Source of the DNA: Escherichia phage a48
Direction: 5' to 3' (one strand)
Sequence record: OQ067375.1
DNA length: 64,000 nucleotides
The translations under genes and the position numbers were made by a program. A model generated the notes under the pieces. It had not been told where the DNA came from. It saw nothing but the letters and a program-made list of their open reading frames with translations, and searched no databases. Numbering within the stretch: the first letter of the stretch is position 1; each line of letters begins with the position of its first letter. Shown piece after piece: positions 11,407 to 22,344 of the stretch.

Positions 11407-12585
11407 TTAAAAATATTTTTTAAAACTCATCATAACTTTATCATCAACATCATTATCAATCTGTGCTACAAGATAAGATGACAGTTCTACTTCTTGTGGC
11501 GCGGATTGAACATTATCAGAATTAAGATATTCACGAATCCAAGGATATGGATGTTTAACCGGAGCATCGGTAATTGGGCATGGAAGACCACACTGTTTCA
11601 TACGAGATACAGTTAAGTAATCAATAAAGCTCCACATGCTATTTGTATTTAATCCAGGAACATCACCATCTTTAAATAAATGAACTGCCCAATCTTTTTC
11701 TTGACGGTTAACTTCCATGAAAATATCAACTGCTTCTTGTTCACACTCTTGAGCAATTTTAACCCATTCATCGCCATCAGTACCGGATTGAAGCTGACGA
11801 ATAATATATTGGGTGCCTTTAAGGTGAAGCTGCTCATCACGTGCAATGAACTTCATAATCTTAGCATTACCTTCCATGATTTCCATATTCTTATGGAAGT
11901 TAAAGGTACATGCAAAAGATACATAAAAACGAATAGCTTCCAAGGCATTAATAACGTGCAAACAGAGGTAAAGAGATTTCATTAAAGCACGTTTAGCTTC
12001 GGCTTCTTGTTTAATAGCTCGGTTTAAACGAAAGTCGGCATCAGGAGATTCTTTAGCTAGTTCTACAAATTCTTTAGCATTTTCCCATTCACGGGTTTTA
12101 ATCAGAACATCATCATAATAGCGACCGATAGATTCAGCGCGTTTCATAATAGCTTCATCTAATACAATCTCATCAAATACCTTCGATGGATCAGTATAAA
12201 GATTTCGCATGATATGTGTATATGAACGACTGTGAATAGTTTCACTAAAAGTCCATGTAGCAACCCATGTATCAAGGCTCGGGTCTGAAATTAATGACAT
12301 AAGTACAGCAGAAGGCGCACGACCCTGAATGCTATCCAAAAGTGATTGATACTTCAGGTTATTAGTAAAAATATTTTGCTGATACTGAGGAAGCTTATTA
12401 AACTGTGCAGCATCCATCATTAAGTTTACTTCTTCAGGACGCCAAAAAAATGATAAAGATTTCTCAATAAGTTCTTCAAATACTCTATGTCGTTGAATAT
12501 CATATCGAGCTAAACCCAATCCAGAACCAAAAAACATCGGCTCAGTCAAAATATTAACAGGGGATGTATTAAAAACTGTACTCAT
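11407..12585 (-). CDS. nrdB: ribonucleotide reductase small subunit
   Basis: 392-aa uninterrupted ORF with diiron/tyrosyl-radical R2 features; adjacent to nrdA. Confidence 0.95.
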   Translation of the reverse strand: MSTVFNTSPVNILTEPMFFGSGLGLARYDIQRHRVFEELIEKSLSFFWRPEEVNLMMDAAQFNKLPQYQQNIFTNNLKYQSLLDSIQGRAPSAVLMSLISDPSLDTWVATWTFSETIHSRSYTHIMRNLYTDPSKVFDEIVLDEAIMKRAESIGRYYDDVLIKTREWENAKEFVELAKESPDADFRLNRAIKQEAEAKRALMKSLYLCLHVINALEAIRFYVSFACTFNFHKNMEIMEGNAKIMKFIARDEQLHLKGTQYIIRQLQSGTDGDEWVKIAQECEQEAVDIFMEVNRQEKDWAVHLFKDGDVPGLNTNSMWSFIDYLTVSRMKQCGLPCPITDAPVKHPYPWIREYLNSDNVQSAPQEVELSSYLVAQIDNDVDDKVMMSFKKYF

Positions 12586-13223
12586 TTAGAATCCTTAAAT
12601 TTACATTTATCATAATGCCATCTTAAAGCATTGCCTTTATTAACTTTCTTGCCACAATGCGGACAAGGCGGATACTCTGTACCTTGCTTAGTTCTCAAAG
12701 AAATCAAATCACGGGTTTCTTTAGTATGAGGAACATCTCTTGTCGGAGAGATTGTACCATACATCGGATTAAGCACGCCGACTTTAGCAGCAGCTATATT
12801 CTTTTTAGCTTCTTCGGTTTTAGGTTTTCTCATGCGAGCTAAATGCTCTTTGGTAAATTTCCTTCCTTTAAGGGCTCTACTTATCTTTTCTCTGGTTTCC
12901 ATAGAAACTTCACGTCCTATAGCAGCTTCAGATAAACGTCGTCTACCTAATTCATACAGTTGAGAAGAAATTTTATATGAGCGATTTTTACCAGTCAAGC
13001 ACATTAAACCAAAAGCTTTCTTTAATCCTGGGGTGTCATATATTTTACATAAAAGCCAATGAGCTATAAAATGCTCTCTACCTGTTAATTCAACTAAATT
13101 TTCTTTATCATCAGAACCTCCCATGCATTTAGGGACTATATGATGTGTCTCTTTATATTCGGATAAAGGTTCCCGAGCCTGAGCTCGGGAAATTAGGTCA
13201 TTATAGATTTTTTGATAATTCAT
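12582..13223 (-). CDS. mobE: HNH homing endonuclease (MobE-like), free-standing between nrdA and nrdB
   Basis: 213-aa ORF with HNH motif HHIVPKCMGG...ENLVELTGREHFIAHW and C-terminal CxxC zinc finger; same intergenic location as T4 mobE. Confidence 0.75.
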   Translation of the reverse strand: MNYQKIYNDLISRAQAREPLSEYKETHHIVPKCMGGSDDKENLVELTGREHFIAHWLLCKIYDTPGLKKAFGLMCLTGKNRSYKISSQLYELGRRRLSEAAIGREVSMETREKISRALKGRKFTKEHLARMRKPKTEEAKKNIAAAKVGVLNPMYGTISPTRDVPHTKETRDLISLRTKQGTEYPPCPHCGKKVNKGNALRWHYDKCKFKDSK

Positions 13224-15487
13224 TACAATTTACACGCTGCGCAATCATCGGCTTTTGGAGTTTCTATTTCATAATCATCAGTACCAGAACCATCGCGGGT
13301 ATTATGATAATAGAAATTTTTAATGCCATAATACCATCCGTATAGCATGTCATCAATCATTATTGACATTGGAACCTTACCTTTAGGGAAGATTTGGGGG
13401 TCATAATATGTATTCGCTGAAGCTGATTGACATACCCATTTCAACATAATAGCTACCTGTGTAAGATAAGGTTTATTACCTTTCTTAGCTAATTTCCATG
13501 TATAATCATAGAGGTCTATGTTATGTTCAATATTGGGCACGACTTGATTAAAGGAACCCTCTTTTGATTCTTTAACAGAGACTGGTCCACGTGGAGGCTC
13601 GATACCGTTTGTACTGTTAGAAACTTGGGAAGATGACTCACATGGCATAAGTGCTGATAGTGTGCTATTACGGATGCCAAAGAGCTTAAGGTCTTCCCGC
13701 AGCGACGACCAGTCACAAACGTATTTTGGAGCTGCGATTTGGTCAATCTTTTTATTGTACCAGTCGATAGGTAATTCGCCTCGAGACCAACGAGTGTCTG
13801 AATAATATTCGCAAGGTCCTTTTTCTTTGGCGAGCTTAATGGATGCTTTAATGAGTCCATACTGTAATCTCTCAAATAGTTCATGTGTTAAATCGTTAGC
13901 ATCTTCATAAGAAGCAAAGTTACTTGCCAACCAAGCTGCATAGTTAGTAACACCTACACCGAGGTTACGACGCTTTTTAGCTTTTTCTGCTTCAGGAACT
14001 GGATATCCTTGGTAATCCAAAAGATTATCAAGAGCACGAACCTGGACTTCTGCCAATTCATTAATTTTATCTTGGTCTTGCCAGTCAAAATTATCTAGTA
14101 CGAATGCAGAGAGAGTACACAATCCAATTTCAGCATCAGGACTATTCACATCATTTGTTGGAATAGCAATTTCACAGCACAAGTTACTCTGACGAATAGG
14201 TGCCTTTTCACGAATAAACGGAGTATAGTTATTCGTATTATCAATGAACTGTACATAAATTCTTGCTGTTCCTGAGCGTTCAGTCATGAGCAATTCAAAT
14301 AGTTCACGGGCTTTAATACGCTTTTTACGAATATTAGGGTCTTTTTCTGCTGCTTCGTATAATTCACGGAAACGGTCTTGGTCTTTAAAATAAGAATAAT
14401 AAAGCTCTCCACCCATTTCATGGGGACTGAACAAAGTAATGTAATCGTTCTTTCCAAAACGTTCCATCATCAAATCATTCAGTTGAACGCCATAATCCAT
14501 ATGACGAATGCGGTTTTCTTCTACGCCTTTGTTATTTTTCAAAACGAGAAGATTTTCAACTTCCAAATGCCAAATAGGATAATAAGCAGTAGCAGCGCCG
14601 CCACGAATTCCACCCTGTGAACATGATTTAACTGCAGTCTGAAAATGTTTCCAAAAAGGAATAACACCAGTATGACGTACTTCACCCATGCCAATCTTAG
14701 AACCTTCGGCACGAATCATGCCAACATTAATACCAATTCCAGCGCGTTTAGAGATATATTCAACAATTGAAGCGGAAGCCTTATTGATAGACTTCAGCGA
14801 ATCACCTGCCTCAATAACAACGCATGAACTGAACTGTCGAGTCGGAGTACGACAACCAGCCATAATAGGAGTTGGCAATGAAATCTGTCGAGTAGATACT
14901 GCTTCATAAAAACGAATAACATGTTTTAATCTATCAACAGGTTCATCTTGATGCAATGCCATTCCAATAGTCATAAATGCAAACTGTGGAGTTTCATAAA
15001 TTTGACCAGTGGTTTTATCTTTAACTAAATATTTTTCTTTTAATTGCATCGCCCCGGAATAAGTAAATTCCATATCCCGTTCGTGCTTAATTTTTGATTC
15101 TAAAAATGTAATTTCTTCTGCTGAATATTTTGACAACAATTCAGGGTCATATTTACCTTCATTTACACAGTAAGAAATATGGTCAATAAATGAACGTGGT
15201 TCATACTGCCCATAAACATGCTTACGAAGAGCGAACATTAAACAGCGTGCAGCTACATATTGATAATCAGGCTCTTCAACCGAAATAGAATTCGCAGCAG
15301 CCTTAATGACAATAGTCTGAATGTCATCAGTTGTCATTCCATCACGGAGATATGATTTAATATTTTCATATAATTCATAAGGATCTACTGATGTTCCCTC
15401 AGATGCCCAAGATAAAACTTTAATAATTTTTTGCGGGTCAAAGCTCTGAGAAACACCACTACTTTTGATAACATTAATTAATTGCAT
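13223..15487 (-). CDS. nrdA: ribonucleotide reductase large subunit
   Basis: 754-aa ORF, class I RNR alpha with C-terminal redox cysteines (CAACKL). Confidence 0.95.
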   Translation of the reverse strand: MQLINVIKSSGVSQSFDPQKIIKVLSWASEGTSVDPYELYENIKSYLRDGMTTDDIQTIVIKAAANSISVEEPDYQYVAARCLMFALRKHVYGQYEPRSFIDHISYCVNEGKYDPELLSKYSAEEITFLESKIKHERDMEFTYSGAMQLKEKYLVKDKTTGQIYETPQFAFMTIGMALHQDEPVDRLKHVIRFYEAVSTRQISLPTPIMAGCRTPTRQFSSCVVIEAGDSLKSINKASASIVEYISKRAGIGINVGMIRAEGSKIGMGEVRHTGVIPFWKHFQTAVKSCSQGGIRGGAATAYYPIWHLEVENLLVLKNNKGVEENRIRHMDYGVQLNDLMMERFGKNDYITLFSPHEMGGELYYSYFKDQDRFRELYEAAEKDPNIRKKRIKARELFELLMTERSGTARIYVQFIDNTNNYTPFIREKAPIRQSNLCCEIAIPTNDVNSPDAEIGLCTLSAFVLDNFDWQDQDKINELAEVQVRALDNLLDYQGYPVPEAEKAKKRRNLGVGVTNYAAWLASNFASYEDANDLTHELFERLQYGLIKASIKLAKEKGPCEYYSDTRWSRGELPIDWYNKKIDQIAAPKYVCDWSSLREDLKLFGIRNSTLSALMPCESSSQVSNSTNGIEPPRGPVSVKESKEGSFNQVVPNIEHNIDLYDYTWKLAKKGNKPYLTQVAIMLKWVCQSASANTYYDPQIFPKGKVPMSIMIDDMLYGWYYGIKNFYYHNTRDGSGTDDYEIETPKADDCAACKL

Positions 15488-15804
15488 AAGTCCTCAACTT
15501 GAAAATCGTCTTTAAACAGTCGGTTAACTATATGAGCTATTATATCACCATGACACGGCTTTGGTTTACATGTGCATCCTAGCCTCATTCCACGTAAAGG
15601 CTCTAAATGTGCTTTAGTTATTTCTCCGGATTTAATTCGACGTATAAAATCTTTTTTGAATAATTCAATGGCAGCCTCCCGGCTGCCAGCATCTTTACCG
15701 ACGTAATTTCCCCAAAATGTACCACGGTGAATATTAACATCAAAGTCGGATTTATATTTATTCACTACCTGGCATAGACGGCCCGCGCGGTGATAATTCG
15801 TCAT
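15478..15804 (-). CDS. hypothetical Cys-containing protein (nrdA.1 position)
   Basis: 108-aa ORF between td and nrdA. Confidence 0.45.
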   Translation of the reverse strand: MTNYHRAGRLCQVVNKYKSDFDVNIHRGTFWGNYVGKDAGSREAAIELFKKDFIRRIKSGEITKAHLEPLRGMRLGCTCKPKPCHGDIIAHIVNRLFKDDFQVEDLCN

Positions 15805-16021
15805 ATTGTTTTTCCGTTAAAACAGTAATATCATAGTAACAATCAGAAGAAGTTTTAACTGTAGAAATTTTATTATCAAAATACTCACGAGTCATTTTAT
15901 GAGTATAATATTTTTTGCCATAAATGATAATAGGCTGATTTGGTCCTGGAACTTCTAACTCACTTGGGTTAGGAAGTGTAAAAAGAACTACACCAGAAGT
16001 ATCTTTAAATCGTAAAATCAT
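15758..16021 (-). CDS. hypothetical protein (nrdA.2 position)
   Basis: 87-aa ORF. Confidence 0.45.
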   Translation of the reverse strand: MILRFKDTSGVVLFTLPNPSELEVPGPNQPIIIYGKKYYTHKMTREYFDNKISTVKTSSDCYYDITVLTEKQYDELSPRGPSMPGSE

Positions 16022-16044
16022 AAATCCTCACAATTAAATTAAAA

Positions 16045-16356
16045 TTACACCGCCATTTTTCCTTTCAAGACGCCGTGGGACTGATAATCTTTGAGAACGA
16101 AATCTTTAGGCCTGAGTTTAAGAATGTATTCCAATTGTTCTTTAGTAGAAAGATAGCGGAATTTATAAGGCAATCCGCCTATTACCAGTTCACAAAGCTC
16201 TTTAGGTTCACGACGCAAAATTTCTTTACATTGTTCTACGTGATTCATATAGATATGAGTATTACCACCGGAAAATATCAAATCTCCCGGAATAAGATTA
16301 CACATCTTAGCTACAATATGAACTAACGTAGCATATGATGCAATATTAAATGGAAG
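16045..16356 (-). CDS. td: thymidylate synthase, exon 2
   Basis: Encodes LPFNIASYATLVHIVAKMC...; joins in frame to exon 1 giving VFLG|LPFN; total 286 aa. Confidence 0.9.
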   Translation of the reverse strand, partial: LPFNIASYATLVHIVAKMCNLIPGDLIFSGGNTHIYMNHVEQCKEILRREPKELCELVIGGLPYKFRYLSTKEQLEYILKLRPKDFVLKDYQSHGVLKGKMAV

Positions 16357-17372
16357 CACTATGTTCAGATAAGGTCGTTAATCTTACCCCGGAATTATAT
16401 CCAGCTGCATGTCATCATGCAGATCAGACTATATCTCCAACTTGTTAAAGCAAGTTGTCTATCGTTTCGAGTCACTTGACCCTACTCCCCAAAGGGATAG
16501 TCGTTAGGCATTTATGTAGAACCAATTCCATTTATCAGATTTTACACGATAAGTAACTAATCCAGACGAAATTTTAAAATGTCTAGCTGCATCTGCTGCA
16601 CAATCAAAAATAACCCCATCACATGAAATCTTTTTAATATTACTAGGCTTTTTACCTTTCATCTTTTCTGATATTTTAGATTTAGTTATGTCTGAATGCT
16701 TATGATTAAAGAATGAATTATTTTCACCTGAACGATTTCTGCATTTACTACAAGTATAAGCAGAAGTTTGTATGCGAACACCGCACTTACAAAACTTATG
16801 GGTTTCTGGATTCCAACGCCCGTTTTTACTTCCGGGTTTACTGTAAAGAGCTTTCCGACCATCAGGTCCAAGTTTAAGCATCTTAGCTTTAACAGTTTCA
16901 GAACGTTTCTTAATAATTTCTTCTTTTAATGGATGCGTAGAACATGTATCACCAAACGTTGCATCAGCAATATTGTATCCATTAATTTTAGAATTAAGCT
17001 CTTTAATCCAAAAATTTTCTCGTTCAATAATCAAATCTTTCTCATATGGAATTTCTTCCAAAATAGAACATTCAAACACATTACCATGTTTGTTAAAAGA
17101 CCTCTGAAGCTTTATAGAAGAATGGCATCCTTTTTCTAAATCTTTAAAATGCCTCTTCCATCTCTTTTCAAAATCTTTAGCACTTCCTACATATACTTTA
17201 TTGTTTAAAGTATTTTTAATCTGATAAATTCCGCTTTTCATAAATACCTCTTTAAATATAGAAGTATTTATTAAAGGGCAGTCCTACAATTTAGCACGGG
17301 ATTGTCTACTAGAGAGGTTCCCCGTTTAGATAGATTACAAGTATAAGTCACCTTATACTCAGGCCTCAATTA
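16357..17372 (-). mobile_element. group I self-splicing intron (td intron) carrying I-TevI
   Basis: 1016 nt; 5' end on minus strand reads TAATTGAGGCCTGAGTATAAGGTGACTTATACTTGTAATC..., matching the recalled T4 td intron; exon 1 ends in U and intron ends in G. Confidence 0.9.
16504..17241 (-). CDS. I-TevI: I-TevI GIY-YIG homing endonuclease
   Basis: 245-aa ORF MKSGIYQIKNTLNNKVYVGSAKDFEKRWKRH... with GIY-YIG motif, inside td intron. Confidence 0.9.
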   Translation of the reverse strand: MKSGIYQIKNTLNNKVYVGSAKDFEKRWKRHFKDLEKGCHSSIKLQRSFNKHGNVFECSILEEIPYEKDLIIERENFWIKELNSKINGYNIADATFGDTCSTHPLKEEIIKKRSETVKAKMLKLGPDGRKALYSKPGSKNGRWNPETHKFCKCGVRIQTSAYTCSKCRNRSGENNSFFNHKHSDITKSKISEKMKGKKPSNIKKISCDGVIFDCAADAARHFKISSGLVTYRVKSDKWNWFYINA

Positions 17373-17921
17373 ACCCAAGAAAACATCTACTGATCGTTGA
17401 TACCACTGCAAATCCAAATAGCCATTACGCACATTAAACTGATAGAACATATGACAAGGCGGTAATGCCATCTGCTTGAGTTCAGCTGGATTCCATGCTG
17501 AAACAATTTGACGCCTATCATTTGGCAATTTTTTAATACGATCAATAACTTCTATAATTTGGTCTACACCACCAAAATCACGCCACTGTTTTCCATAAAT
17601 TGGACCAAGTTCACCGCTATGGTATCCTAAATCTTTTGCTTGATTTTCGTAATTTTCATCCCAAACTGTTTTGCCTTGGATTAACGAATCATGTTGAATT
17701 AATCGCAAATCATTGACATTTGTGCTTCCCGATAAAAACCAAAGCAGCTCAGCAATGCAAGCTTTCCAGGCGAGCTTCTTAGTTGTTACTGCAGGAAAAC
17801 CTTTAGTTAAATCCCAGCGTAATTTAGTACCGAACAAAGCAATTGTTCCTGTGCCTGTTCGGTCATCGGTTTCGTAGCCATTTTCCAGGATATCTTTAAT
17901 TAAAAATTGGTATTGTTTCAT
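17373..17921 (-). CDS. td: thymidylate synthase, exon 1
   Basis: 183 codons MKQYQFLIKDILENGYETDDRTGTGT... ending ...QRSVDVFLG; track ORF reads 3 nt into intron to a TAA. Confidence 0.9.
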
Positions 17922-17966
17922 TTAGTACCTTATATAAATTATAATACATTTTATGAAGCTAAATAA

Positions 17967-18314
17967 TCAATACGGTTTAGCATCAAATTTTCTCTCAATT
18001 TCAGGCGTGAAATATAATTCTTTACCGCGTTTGGAAAAGCGACCAATAATATGATAATTATTCTCATCAAACGTGATATTACCAATATCCATAGCTTTCA
18101 ACCAAATATCGATATTTCTATCCAGCTTTATGTCAAAATTCCAATACGGTGAACTATTACCGAAAATACTGCAAGCGGATTCAGTGAAACAACTGCTATA
18201 AATCTTGTCTTTAGGAACTACTAATTGATAGACACCTTTAATAAACTGAGGACCCTGCCACTTTGGCTGTTTCGTGTCTTTTTCTAATAGAATAGGGTAA
18301 TAATTAAAATTCAT
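17967..18314 (-). CDS. hypothetical protein inserted between frd and td
   Basis: 115-aa ORF filling a 412-bp gap between frd stop and td start. Confidence 0.5.
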   Translation of the reverse strand: MNFNYYPILLEKDTKQPKWQGPQFIKGVYQLVVPKDKIYSSCFTESACSIFGNSSPYWNFDIKLDRNIDIWLKAMDIGNITFDENNYHIIGRFSKRGKELYFTPEIERKFDAKPY

Positions 18315-18333
18315 ATTTCCGCCACGTGTTATT

Positions 18334-19160
<827 letters not shown>

Positions 19161-19171
19161 ATTGCCTCCTA

Positions 19172-19504
19172 TTAAAAAGGATCAGTAACATATCCGCTAG
19201 CTTTAATCATTTTAATTAACGTTAACATTCCTTTGTTAACTGCTCGTGAGATTTCATCAAAAACTTCATCACTAAAAAGTTCTAACACGCCCTTCTGAAC
19301 TTTTAATTTACAGCCAACAATTTCTTCATCGCCTACAGTAAATTCATTACCACCAATTCCACCGAAAAACTTAATTACACCAGTTAACTGTCTTCCACGA
19401 GAATATGGGTCGTGTGATAAAGTAATATGAGTCACCCCGGGTACAGTTTTAAATTGGCAGCGAATATTTACTTGTGAAATTCCAATTACATGAATGTCAG
19501 ACAT
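19172..19504 (-). CDS. hypothetical protein
   Basis: 110-aa ORF. Confidence 0.45.
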   Translation of the reverse strand: MSDIHVIGISQVNIRCQFKTVPGVTHITLSHDPYSRGRQLTGVIKFFGGIGGNEFTVGDEEIVGCKLKVQKGVLELFSDEVFDEISRAVNKGMLTLIKMIKASGYVTDPF

Positions 19505-19514
19505 AATATTTTCC

Positions 19515-19757
19515 TCAAATAGACTTTTTCACAATTTTCCAATCAGCTTTAAACTGATCGACGTCAGAGTGATAAATCCAAAATCCTGCGCTTTCACCGT
19601 CTTCATAAAGCGGACACCCATCACATTCATCTTCCCATCCCATGCCACGTAAAAGGTGTTCAGCTTTTTCAACAAGTTCAGAATCTTTACCGATGATATT
19701 AAAATACCATTTACCTCTAACTTCTGAATCTTTGATGCTCTGGCGTTGTAATCTCAT
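19515..19757 (-). CDS. hypothetical protein
   Basis: 80-aa ORF. Confidence 0.45.
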   Translation of the reverse strand: MRLQRQSIKDSEVRGKWYFNIIGKDSELVEKAEHLLRGMGWEDECDGCPLYEDGESAGFWIYHSDVDQFKADWKIVKKSI

Positions 19758-19866
19758 TTTATTCTCCTTAGCAAGCTTTAATCAAAAGATATAAACAGAC
19801 CAACATAACTGCTGCCATAATATAAGGTGCGAACATTTTCTTTTCTCCATTAGTTTTGATAGGGTA

Positions 19867-19896
19867 ATAGTATCACACTACTACCCTTCTGTAAAC
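19867..19896 (-). promoter_or_regulatory. T-even early-type promoter
   Basis: -35 GTTTAC (19896..19891), 18-bp spacer, -10 TACTAT (19872..19867). Confidence 0.5.
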
Positions 19897-20261
19897 TACT
19901 TTTTGAAAGTTTTTCGCAAAAGTTCAATGATTTCATCTACATTGTTTTCGTCAACAATGCAGTGAATTTTTGTTACGCCAGAAACTTTGTCTTTGACTTC
20001 ATCTTCTTCAGAAGTCGGTTCTTTATACTCACGAAAACAATGAAATTCGTCTTCACAAACGTTAAAGTAAAAATGCTTTCCATTTGCGCATTCAATGTGT
20101 TTTATTACTCTAAATCCATCAACAAAGAAAGCTTCTTTAACTTCAAACCATCCGCCATTTTCTTGAATAATTTTAACTATTGCTGAATTAGAACGTGGGC
20201 GATAATTAATAAATGTATCAATAAGTCTTGGAACAAGTTCATACTTTTTACCGATATACAT
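19896..20261 (-). CDS. hypothetical protein
   Basis: 121-aa ORF. Confidence 0.45.
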   Translation of the reverse strand: MYIGKKYELVPRLIDTFINYRPRSNSAIVKIIQENGGWFEVKEAFFVDGFRVIKHIECANGKHFYFNVCEDEFHCFREYKEPTSEEDEVKDKVSGVTKIHCIVDENNVDEIIELLRKTFKK

Positions 20262-20305
20262 TATGTTTTCCTCATTTTAACGGGGCTGTAATAGCCCCTT
20301 GATAA

Positions 20306-20536
20306 TTATTGTTCAATCAATCCCATGTAAAATTCTGCGTCTTCAGAATCCATACCATCACAATATTCATTAGCCATAAAGCGGGTGAGGTCTTCAAGAG
20401 GACCTTCAATGACAATAGAAAAATTGCAATAATTGGGATCATCGTGAATACTTGTGATACTAAGTTCAGGATAACGATTACGAATAATTTCTTCGATATA
20501 TTCAAAATCAACGATGTCAATATCAACTTTAGCCAT
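20306..20536 (-). CDS. hypothetical small acidic protein
   Basis: Track ORF trimmed to internal ATG 20536..20534 ([13 protein letters not shown]...); upstream part of track ORF is translated promoter/terminator sequence. Confidence 0.45.
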   Translation of the reverse strand: MAKVDIDIVDFEYIEEIIRNRYPELSITSIHDDPNYCNFSIVIEGPLEDLTRFMANEYCDGMDSEDAEFYMGLIEQ

Positions 20537-20579
20537 ATTATTTTCCTCTTTAATTATCAGCAGTATTGCCGATAGTTGT

Positions 20580-20609
20580 ATAGTACCATGGAAGGACAAG
20601 GATGTAAAC
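20580..20609 (-). promoter_or_regulatory. T-even early-type promoter
   Basis: -35 GTTTAC (20609..20604), 18-bp spacer, -10 TACTAT (20585..20580). Confidence 0.5.
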
Positions 20610-20630
20610 AGTTTTGTGAAAAAATTTTTG

Positions 20631-20660
20631 AAATAAAAAAAGGGGACCTCTAGGGTCCCC
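20631..20660 (-). terminator. rho-independent terminator downstream of gene 32
   Basis: GGGGACC-ctaga-GGTCCCC stem followed on minus strand by TTTTTTTATTT. Confidence 0.65.
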
Positions 20661-20682
20661 AATTAATTAGTAATATAATCTG

Positions 20683-21591
20683 TTAAAGGTCATTCAAAAG
20701 GTCATCTAGGTCCGTGTCATCAGCACTAGATGAACTGCCAGAGCTTGAGCTCATAAAATCATCTTCAGTTTTTGTTTTGAAGTCATCAACATTGAATGCA
20801 TCCAAATCATCAGCAACTTTATCAGCTTTCTTAGCGGCAGTTGCAGCGGCACCACCCATTGCAGCAGTTCCCATAACTTGACTGAACTTAGTGCTCAGTT
20901 CTTCAAATGATTTGAATTTATCTTTAGAAGTCATTTCAGAAAGGTCAACCATTTGTTCGAACAGTTCTTTCTGGAAAGATTCATCGTCAATGTTTGGAAT
21001 CGCAGATTGATTCAGGAATTTAGATTCGTCGTAGTTACTAAAACCAGAAACTTGTTTAACTTTCAGTACAAAGTTAGCACCTTCCCACGGGCAAGTTACA
21101 TCAACCGGAGTTTCACCCATTTCAACATCAACTGCAATCATTGCATTGATTTTATCCCAGATTTTCTTACCGAAACGATATTTAAATACTTTACCTTCGT
21201 TTTCTGGAGCAGCTGGGTCTTTTACAACAAGAATGTTAGCCCAGTAAGAAGTTTTACGTTTAACAAGACTGTACTCTTTATTGTCAGTGTTGTACAGATC
21301 ATTTTTACTGATGTACTGACATACTGGGCAAGAATCGTAATCACCGTGGGTAGATGAGCAATTTTCGATATACCATTTACCGTTTTTCTTGAAACCGTGA
21401 TTTACAAGAATTGCGAATGGTGCTTGTTCATCATTTTTAGACGGAAGAAAACGAATTACTGCTTGACCGTTACCCGCATTATCGAGTTTCAGTTTCCACT
21501 CGCCTTTATCTTCAGAAGAAAAACCACCTTTATTTCCAGCCAGTTTAGCCATTTGTGCAGCGAGTTCAGCAGTAGATTTACGTTTAAACAT
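20683..21591 (-). CDS. 32: gp32 single-stranded DNA-binding protein
   Basis: 301-aa [25 protein letters not shown]... with acidic Ser-rich C-tail [22 protein letters not shown]. Confidence 0.95.
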   Translation of the reverse strand: MFKRKSTAELAAQMAKLAGNKGGFSSEDKGEWKLKLDNAGNGQAVIRFLPSKNDEQAPFAILVNHGFKKNGKWYIENCSSTHGDYDSCPVCQYISKNDLYNTDNKEYSLVKRKTSYWANILVVKDPAAPENEGKVFKYRFGKKIWDKINAMIAVDVEMGETPVDVTCPWEGANFVLKVKQVSGFSNYDESKFLNQSAIPNIDDESFQKELFEQMVDLSEMTSKDKFKSFEELSTKFSQVMGTAAMGGAAATAAKKADKVADDLDAFNVDDFKTKTEDDFMSSSSGSSSSADDTDLDDLLNDL

Positions 21592-21690
21592 TTTTATTTC
21601 CTTTTTAATTTAATTAACAGTTGGTGCTATGACGATGTATGACCTCATAGCTGGTCAGTGAGATAATTATAATCTATTTATAATAAGCAA

Positions 21691-22344
21691 TTAATACTTG
21701 CAAGATTTCACAGTTTCAATGAAAACATTTTTAGCTTTCTGTGAATCAATATTTAAAATTTTTCTATAAGCTTTTAACTTTATAGAATAATTGTTCCAAA
21801 CTAAATTATCAGTCTGTTCATCATGTTTATCAATTATATTTAAAAACGAATCAAGCAAGATAAACGTTTCAAACGAAATTATATTCGATTGAAGTAGTTT
21901 AAAAATATAACTTGATTGAACTTTTGGATTATACTCAAAGATTTCTTTAAAAGCAGAAACTTCAACTTTTTTACTAAAATAATAGATATTCCTAATATCT
22001 TCTTCAAATTTAAATTTAACTTGCTTTAAGCGACCGATATATTCACGATAAAATACTAATGCATCAGCGTCAGAGATATCACCAATCCAAGCATCTTGAT
22101 TAGCTACAAGATTGCTAATAAAAATTAAAGTTAATTCTTTTAATTTATACTTTTCTGATAGCTTTTGGAAAAAATACTTATCCCTTCGCTTTTGATAAGC
22201 GGCATCAGACACCCGCATGCACCAATTATACTTAATAACATCATACTTTCCATTCATATGTTGTTTTATCATTAAGTATAATTTATAAACTGATTTACCA
22301 TCAATGTATCTTTCACCACCAGCAGGCATGCGGAGTTTAATCAT
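21691..22344 (-). CDS. 59: gp59 helicase-loading protein
   Basis: 217-aa ORF at position between 32 and 33; size matches recalled T4 gp59. Confidence 0.8.
   Translation of the reverse strand: MIKLRMPAGGERYIDGKSVYKLYLMIKQHMNGKYDVIKYNWCMRVSDAAYQKRRDKYFFQKLSEKYKLKELTLIFISNLVANQDAWIGDISDADALVFYREYIGRLKQVKFKFEEDIRNIYYFSKKVEVSAFKEIFEYNPKVQSSYIFKLLQSNIISFETFILLDSFLNIIDKHDEQTDNLVWNNYSIKLKAYRKILNIDSQKAKNVFIETVKSCKY

Noticed and set aside
16357-17372. Interruption of td considered as a pseudogene or insertion-sequence disruption
   Set aside because: Boundaries, length and sequence fit a self-splicing group I intron with a homing endonuclease; exons join in frame
20537-20662. N-terminal extensions of track ORFs 20306..20662, 40044..40292, 40401..40763, 49843..50382, 58404..59015 and 38991..39503
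   Set aside because: The extensions are translations of conserved promoter or terminator DNA (they give near-identical peptide strings at different loci); internal ATGs with Shine-Dalgarno sequences downstream of the promoters are the likely true starts
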